64,000 bases of DNA. Source: Candidatus Krumholzibacteriales bacterium. GTDB taxonomy: Bacteria; Krumholzibacteriota; Krumholzibacteriia; Krumholzibacteriales; WJIX01. The stretch spans positions 1 to 64,000 of the forward strand of contig JAWODM010000043.1 of assembly GCA_046483305.1 (NCBI GenBank), given 5' to 3'. Position 1 is the first letter of the stretch. Each line of letters starts with the position of its first letter. Below the pieces are notes generated by a model, which was given only the letters and a program-made list of their open reading frames with translations, searched no databases and was not told the origin of the DNA. Shown in pieces: positions 58,660-64,000 of the stretch. Both the position numbers and the translations under genes were made by a program.

Positions 58660-60489
58660 CTAGATTGCGGGAAGCGTGAAAGTGAATTTGCTGCCTTGCC
58701 CGGGGGGCGATTCCACCCAAATCGCCCCTCCGTGGGCTCGAACTATTTCCTTGGAAATGGCCAGCCCCAGTCCAGTGCCACCAGTCTCACGGCCTTCAAC
58801 CTGGACAAATCTCTGGAATATTCTTGACTGATATTCTGTTGGAATTCCCGGCCCGTCATCGCTCACGGACAGGTGTATATGGGGACCGACTCGCTGAGCG
58901 GCGATTTCTATATGGCCGCCCTCTCCGATATACCGTAGAGCGTTGGATATCAGATTGGTCAGCACCCATGTAATCTTGTTAGTATCTGCTCGAACAAGGA
59001 GAGGGTCCTCGGCCAGCCTGGTGTCGAGAGTAACTCCCTTCATTCCCAACTGGCTCTTGAAAATCTCCTCCACATTATCTATCAGCACCGGGACGGGGAC
59101 GCTCTCGAATTCAAGCTCGATTCTTCCCGACTCAATCCTGGACAGGTCCAGCAGGTCGCTGATCAGTGCCTTCATGCGATGAACTTCCTCGTGAGCCGCC
59201 TGAAGAAGGTCCCGATCCTTTTCGGCGAGACTCCGGGGAGCCCGCTCAAGAAGAAGGTCCACACTCATTCCAAGACTGGTAAGCGGCATACGTAATTCGT
59301 GCGAGGCGGCCATAATGAATTCGCTCTTAAGCCGCTCCACTTCTTTCATCCTGGTTATGTCCCTGAGCAGCAGCACAATGCCCGAAAGACTGCGATCTCT
59401 TCCTCTAATGACCGTAATGGAAAAGATGTAGTGACGGGAACGGTCTCCCTCGGCGAAAGTCAGTATCCTGTCTTCATTGGAAATATCGGGCCGGGTGCCG
59501 TTACTGACCGTCTCCCGGATAAGGTCACGGATTTCCGGGTCCGGAATGACATCCTCTAAGTTCATCGTGGAAGTATCGGCAAATCCCAGATCCAGCATAT
59601 TACGCGCAGCCGGATTGATGGCGGTTACTTTCAGGCCGGTATCGAAAACCACCAGGCCATCCTCTATACTGGCGAGGATCGCCTCTCCCTTGTTCTTCTC
59701 CGAGATTATCTGTTCTATGTTCATATCATTGTACCTGTTGAGCTGATTGGCCATTTGATTGAATTCATTGGCCAGCCGGCCCAACTCATCGCCGGTTTCA
59801 ACCGGCACCTGCACGGAATAGTCACCCTCGGAAATTTTCCGTGAAGCTTCCATGAAGCTCCTGATAGGCCGAACAATCCGCTCGGCCAGAATGATGCTGA
59901 AGGCCAGGGCCACGATCAGCGCGGAAGCCGCCACCAGCGAAGTCGACCATATAGCCCTCTCGGCGACATTGCCGGCATTTATGCTGGCAGTGTACATGGT
60001 CTTCTCGTTGAGATTGCGCAGATCGAGGCATGTCTCACGCACTCTGGTAAAAACCGGATGAATTTTTTCCCTGTAATATCCCGGCCTCAAAGCCGTTTCA
60101 TCCCTGGCAAGCACATCAGTCAAATCGGAATATTGCCGCCTGTATTCCGCGTAGCCCTCCTCCATTGAACGAATAAGTTCCGCCTCTCCCTGAATGGTTA
60201 TGTTGTCCTTGGCGCGGGCCAGCCATTCTATAAAAATCGTTTCATACCTGTTAAACTGGGCGGCCCCTTCTTCCCTTTCGCCCAGAAATATCAACAGAAT
60301 TCCGCTATCCTGCCGTTCCAGCGCGTCCACCATATTCTCGGCGGCCAGAATACTCCGGTAGTTTTCGCTGAGAATGGCGTCGGTGGCCTTGCCAAGGGAA
60401 ACAAGGTTGACCACCGCCCACGCAATCACCAGTCCCATCAGGGTGAAAGCAACGCCGTATCCAATTAATATTTTCCTCTTTAACGTCAT
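58660..60489 (-). CDS. Sensor histidine kinase (HAMP-PAS-HisKA-HATPase)
   Basis: Two TMs, DELG.L...FN.M, SHELR.PL, NL..NA, D.GPGI, GTGLGL. Confidence 0.93.
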   Translation of the reverse strand: MTLKRKILIGYGVAFTLMGLVIAWAVVNLVSLGKATDAILSENYRSILAAENMVDALERQDSGILLIFLGEREEGAAQFNRYETIFIEWLARAKDNITIQGEAELIRSMEEGYAEYRRQYSDLTDVLARDETALRPGYYREKIHPVFTRVRETCLDLRNLNEKTMYTASINAGNVAERAIWSTSLVAASALIVALAFSIILAERIVRPIRSFMEASRKISEGDYSVQVPVETGDELGRLANEFNQMANQLNRYNDMNIEQIISEKNKGEAILASIEDGLVVFDTGLKVTAINPAARNMLDLGFADTSTMNLEDVIPDPEIRDLIRETVSNGTRPDISNEDRILTFAEGDRSRHYIFSITVIRGRDRSLSGIVLLLRDITRMKEVERLKSEFIMAASHELRMPLTSLGMSVDLLLERAPRSLAEKDRDLLQAAHEEVHRMKALISDLLDLSRIESGRIELEFESVPVPVLIDNVEEIFKSQLGMKGVTLDTRLAEDPLLVRADTNKITWVLTNLISNALRYIGEGGHIEIAAQRVGPHIHLSVSDDGPGIPTEYQSRIFQRFVQVEGRETGGTGLGLAISKEIVRAHGGAIWVESPPGQGSKFTFTLPAI

Positions 60490-60590
60490 GGGCCGAATTC
60501 CTTGCAGCCTCAGTGGTTCCCGGCATCCTGCCGGCTGATTTTCATAAGCATTCTATCGAATGGCATTTTAAAAAGCAAAAGAAATAATAT

Positions 60591-60632
60591 TTGGAGTTTT
60601 CCCGGGGTTTAAGTGTCAGAGAGCGGAAGCCG
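60591..60632 (+). repeat. ~41-bp direct repeat, copy 2
   Basis: TTGGAGTTTTCCCGGGGTTTAAGTGTCAGAGAGCGGAAGCCG. Confidence 0.8.
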
Positions 60633-60633
60633 T

Positions 60634-63600
60634 TCAGCCGCCGAGCACTCTTGATATCTCCTCTCTGAGCTCTTTCATCTGAAACGGCTTGGTGATCCGG
60701 CCCCTGAATCCGTAATCGCTGTAATTAGCCAGCACCGGATCGGTGGAGTATCCGCTGGTAACTATGATTCTCGCGTTCGGGTCAGCCTCCAGAAGCGCTT
60801 CGGTCAGTTCTTTTCCGCCCATTCCTCCGGGAACGGTCATATCGACGATCACAGCCTCGAAGGGCTCTCCGCTTTCGAGCGCGGAGATGTATTTGCTCAG
60901 GGCATCCTGCCCGTTAACCGCCAGTTCCGGTTCGTACCCGCAGGCTTTCAGCATGCGGGCCGAAACATTCCTGACCGTCTCTTCGTCATCCATCACCAGT
61001 ATCCTGCCCGGGCCGGAACCGGACTCTTCTCTTGTATCCTCCCCTGCCCCTCCCCTAAATTCCTCAGACGATTTGTCGGCGGGAAGATATAAAGTAAACA
61101 CTGTCCCTTCCCCCGGTTTTGATCTGGCGCTAACATGGCCGTTATGCTTGTTCACTATGCTGTGTACTATCGCCAGCCCCAGGCCGCTTCCCGCCCGCTT
61201 GGTGGTAAAGTAGGGATCGAACACCCTGGCAATCAGTTCATCCGGGATGCCTACTCCCTCATCCCTTATGTTGATTTTGACATAATCTCCCCTCAGGTGC
61301 GAAGCGGCGGCCTGTTCCGGCTCGCTGACATTTTTGGCGCTTATATGAACGAACCCCCCCTCCGGCATTGCCTCCTTGGCATTAATGATAAGGTTGGCGA
61401 AGACGTGGCTGAGCTGCCCCCGGTCGGCTTTGACCATCCACAGGTCTTCGTCCAGGTCCAGGCGCGCTTTGACGTTGCTTCCGCTCAGGTCAAACCGCAC
61501 TGAATCCCGCACAACCTTCTTTATATCGACAGATTCCAGCAGGGGTTCCCCGCCCCTGGCAAAGGTCAGCAGCTGCTTGGTCAGATGCCTGGCTCTCTCC
61601 AGGGACTGATTGGCGGTTTCGATATGTTTGTACGCGGGGTGATCCTCCGGCAGTTCCTTGCCCGCCAGTTCGATATTGCCGTACACGCCGGTAAGTATAT
61701 TGTTGAAATCGTGGGCAATCCCCCCTGCCAGTGTTCCCACGCTCTCCAGCTTCTGCATCCTCTGAAGGGCCTCCTGAGCTTTTTTCCTCTCAGTAATATC
61801 TCTTATATCCACGATAACCTTCTCTGCATCTTCATGCAGATCGAGAGTGGCGGTGAACCACATATCCCTCTCCCCTATCTTCAGGGGATACTCATATCTC
61901 CTGGTATCCCCGGTCTTTCTTACCTCCCTGGCCGCTTCCCTGTATTTGCTGACGACATGGGGAGGCATCACTTCATCGATCTTCCTGCCCAGGAAATCCT
62001 CCGGAGAGGCGTACAGGGCGTTGCTCGGCTTGCAGTGAACATCCACGAACCGGTCATCCACGCTCATCAGCAAAATGATATCGCTCATGGATGAGACCAG
62101 TGTCCTGTATTTCTCCTCGCTTTTCTTCAGAGCCTCCTCGGCCCTCTTTCTCTCCGTAATATCTCTGAAACTCCAGACCCTGCCTTCAGCCTCACCCCTT
62201 ATGTAGAGCGGCTGGGAGTACCTTTCGAATATTCTGCCATCCTTGAAATCAATCATGTCAAATTTTACTTTTTCAGGATTTCGGTAGAGCTCCCCAATCT
62301 TTCTGAAGAACTGATCAGGATCGGAAAGCTGGCTCTTAACGTAGGCGACAAGATCGTTGTCTCTTCCCGCGCTCAGAAGTTCGGAGGGGATATTCCACAT
62401 ATCGCTGAATTTCTCATTGGTGGCAATCACCTGGCCCTCTGAATCAACCACCAGTATTCCATTATTGGTGGATTCAAGGGTGGCTCTCAGCAGCTCGGCG
62501 CTATGAACCAGTTCTTCCTGGGCCTTCTTCCAGTCGGTAATGTCGAGATGAGTGCCGCATGCTCTGAGAGGATTCCCTTTGGAATCTCTCTCAATCACCA
62601 TCCCCTTCGCCAGAATCCAGACCCATTCCCCTGACTTGTGCCGCAGCCGGTGCTCACTTTCGAAAGATTCGGTTCTTCCCTCCAGGTGATCCTTCAGGGC
62701 TTTTTGAACCGCGGGTAAATCATCAGGGTGAACCAGCTTGTCCCAGTTTCTTATATCGGGCTCGATCTCATTGCGTGAATATCCCAGCATCTCAGCCCAC
62801 CGCTGGTCGAAGGTAAACTCCCCGGTGGCCACGCTCCAGTCCCACGCCCCCAGGTCTCCCCCTTTCAGGGCAAGTTCCATTCTCTCTTCGCTTCGGCGCA
62901 GCGCTTCCTCCGCCATCTTACGGTCTGTAATATCACTGTTAGTTCCAACGAAGCGAGTGGGTTTGCTATTCTCATCCCGCTCCACTATCCTCCCCCTTCC
63001 CAGAATCCATATCCATCCGCCGGTCTTTTTCCTGAAACGGAACTCCACGCAGAACCGGTTGGTCTCACCCTCCAGGTACTTTCTGGCGTTTTCCATAAAG
63101 TAACCAATATCCTTCGGGTGTACCCGCTTCTGGAATTCCTCCAGGCGTGAGGGAAATTCTCCCACCCGGTAACCCGCCATTTCATAGTATCTCCGGTCGA
63201 AGTACACGTCATCGGTTGTCAAATCCCAGTCCCATACCCCATCGTTCTTTATCGACATGGCCAGGTCCAGCCGTTCTTCGCTCCTGGCCAGTTCTTCCCT
63301 CATCCGGTACTCTTCCGAGACATCCCTGAATACCAGTACCACTCCGGTAATGTTTCCGTCCGAGTCCTTAATAGGCGAGCCCGAATCAGCTATCTGATAC
63401 TCATTGCCGTCCCTGGCTATCAGCCTGGTGTGGTTGGACATCCCCACTATCTTTTCCTCTTCCAGCACCTTGGCGACTGGATTGGGGGCCTCTTCGCCGG
63501 TCCGGGAGTTGACTATACAGAACACATCCTTGAGCTGTTTCCCCCCGGCTTCTTCAATGGCCCACCCGGTAAGATTCTCCGCAATGGGATTCATATGAAC

Positions 63601-64000
63601 AATCCTGCCCTCTATATCCGTTGCTATTACAGCATCTCCTATGGAGCTGAGAGTAGTATGCAGGTTATCTTCGTTCTCCATCGCTTCCCTGGCGGCCTCC
63701 CTGGATTTAACTTCAGCCAGCCCTCTCTCGGACAGGATTACAACCATATCCCTCAGGAAAGAAAGTCCTTCCCGGAACGGCTGCTCCCCGACCACCGGCA
63801 ACTGCCGGAGCGCGCTCAGATAAATCTCTGTATCATAACCATGATCTTCGGCCTTCTTTCTGAAGCGCTCTATATCGGGGTCATCGAACAGGACCGGCCC
63901 TGTCAGCAGGTCCACAACATGGGCTCCCTCTATAACTATGGGAGCGGCTCCCCTGATCAGCCCGTCATCACATTCCCGCACCATCATTTTTTCTTTTTTG
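60634..64000 (-). CDS. Hybrid histidine kinase (PocR-like, multiple PAS, HisKA, HATPase, REC); probably 5'-partial
   Basis: GIAHDFNN, FDPYFTTK, ILVMDDE; the frame stays open to the window edge. Confidence 0.9.
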   Translation of the reverse strand, partial: KKEKMMVRECDDGLIRGAAPIVIEGAHVVDLLTGPVLFDDPDIERFRKKAEDHGYDTEIYLSALRQLPVVGEQPFREGLSFLRDMVVILSERGLAEVKSREAAREAMENEDNLHTTLSSIGDAVIATDIEGRIVHMNPIAENLTGWAIEEAGGKQLKDVFCIVNSRTGEEAPNPVAKVLEEEKIVGMSNHTRLIARDGNEYQIADSGSPIKDSDGNITGVVLVFRDVSEEYRMREELARSEERLDLAMSIKNDGVWDWDLTTDDVYFDRRYYEMAGYRVGEFPSRLEEFQKRVHPKDIGYFMENARKYLEGETNRFCVEFRFRKKTGGWIWILGRGRIVERDENSKPTRFVGTNSDITDRKMAEEALRRSEERMELALKGGDLGAWDWSVATGEFTFDQRWAEMLGYSRNEIEPDIRNWDKLVHPDDLPAVQKALKDHLEGRTESFESEHRLRHKSGEWVWILAKGMVIERDSKGNPLRACGTHLDITDWKKAQEELVHSAELLRATLESTNNGILVVDSEGQVIATNEKFSDMWNIPSELLSAGRDNDLVAYVKSQLSDPDQFFRKIGELYRNPEKVKFDMIDFKDGRIFERYSQPLYIRGEAEGRVWSFRDITERKRAEEALKKSEEKYRTLVSSMSDIILLMSVDDRFVDVHCKPSNALYASPEDFLGRKIDEVMPPHVVSKYREAAREVRKTGDTRRYEYPLKIGERDMWFTATLDLHEDAEKVIVDIRDITERKKAQEALQRMQKLESVGTLAGGIAHDFNNILTGVYGNIELAGKELPEDHPAYKHIETANQSLERARHLTKQLLTFARGGEPLLESVDIKKVVRDSVRFDLSGSNVKARLDLDEDLWMVKADRGQLSHVFANLIINAKEAMPEGGFVHISAKNVSEPEQAAASHLRGDYVKINIRDEGVGIPDELIARVFDPYFTTKRAGSGLGLAIVHSIVNKHNGHVSARSKPGEGTVFTLYLPADKSSEEFRGGAGEDTREESGSGPGRILVMDDEETVRNVSARMLKACGYEPELAVNGQDALSKYISALESGEPFEAVIVDMTVPGGMGGKELTEALLEADPNARIIVTSGYSTDPVLANYSDYGFRGRITKPFQMKELREEISRVLGG

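Noticed and set aside
1..64000. tRNA, rRNA, riboswitch or reverse transcriptase (retron/DGR)
   Set aside because: None recognised by eye; tRNAscan and Infernal were not run.

Overview
Bacterial DNA, probably from an FCB-group organism (Latescibacterota/Krumholzibacteriota-like). This is inferred from the PorV-like barrel and the FlgD-Ig/T9SS-like C-terminal domains. Ordinary chromosomal genes occupy 1-8 kb (HD hydrolase, pcm, glutamate symporter, TPR, Ig-like and PorV-like proteins) and 37.4-64 kb (M1 peptidase, pyk, GT4, Rrf2-TolC-CusB-CusA, S8 protease, Trk uptake with a two-component system, PAS hybrid kinase). Between them lies a ~29 kb accessory island. It holds a truncated IS3 inserted in a frameshifted IS110 that ends at an attC-like site, a + strand gene-cassette array (10.8-13.7 kb), an IS91/ISCR-like pseudogene, a copper-resistance block (16.9-26.2 kb), and a - strand cassette array (26.3-37.1 kb) headed by an attI/Pc-like region. 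No integron integrase is present in the window. Both arrays share unusual non-coding modules. The first is a gene-less cassette of exactly 93 bp in three copies, with covarying GATGG/CCATC or GCTGG/CCAGC ends. The second is a mini hairpin site. The third is a 27-bp palindromic unit that is flipped in one of four copies. A 133-bp copy of the attI/promoter region also sits inside the array as if it had been captured as a cassette. Cassette cargo includes toxin-antitoxin pairs, HEPN-motif proteins and a TM-NTPase-TPR protein, all candidate defence genes. All calls are by eye; no database searches were run.
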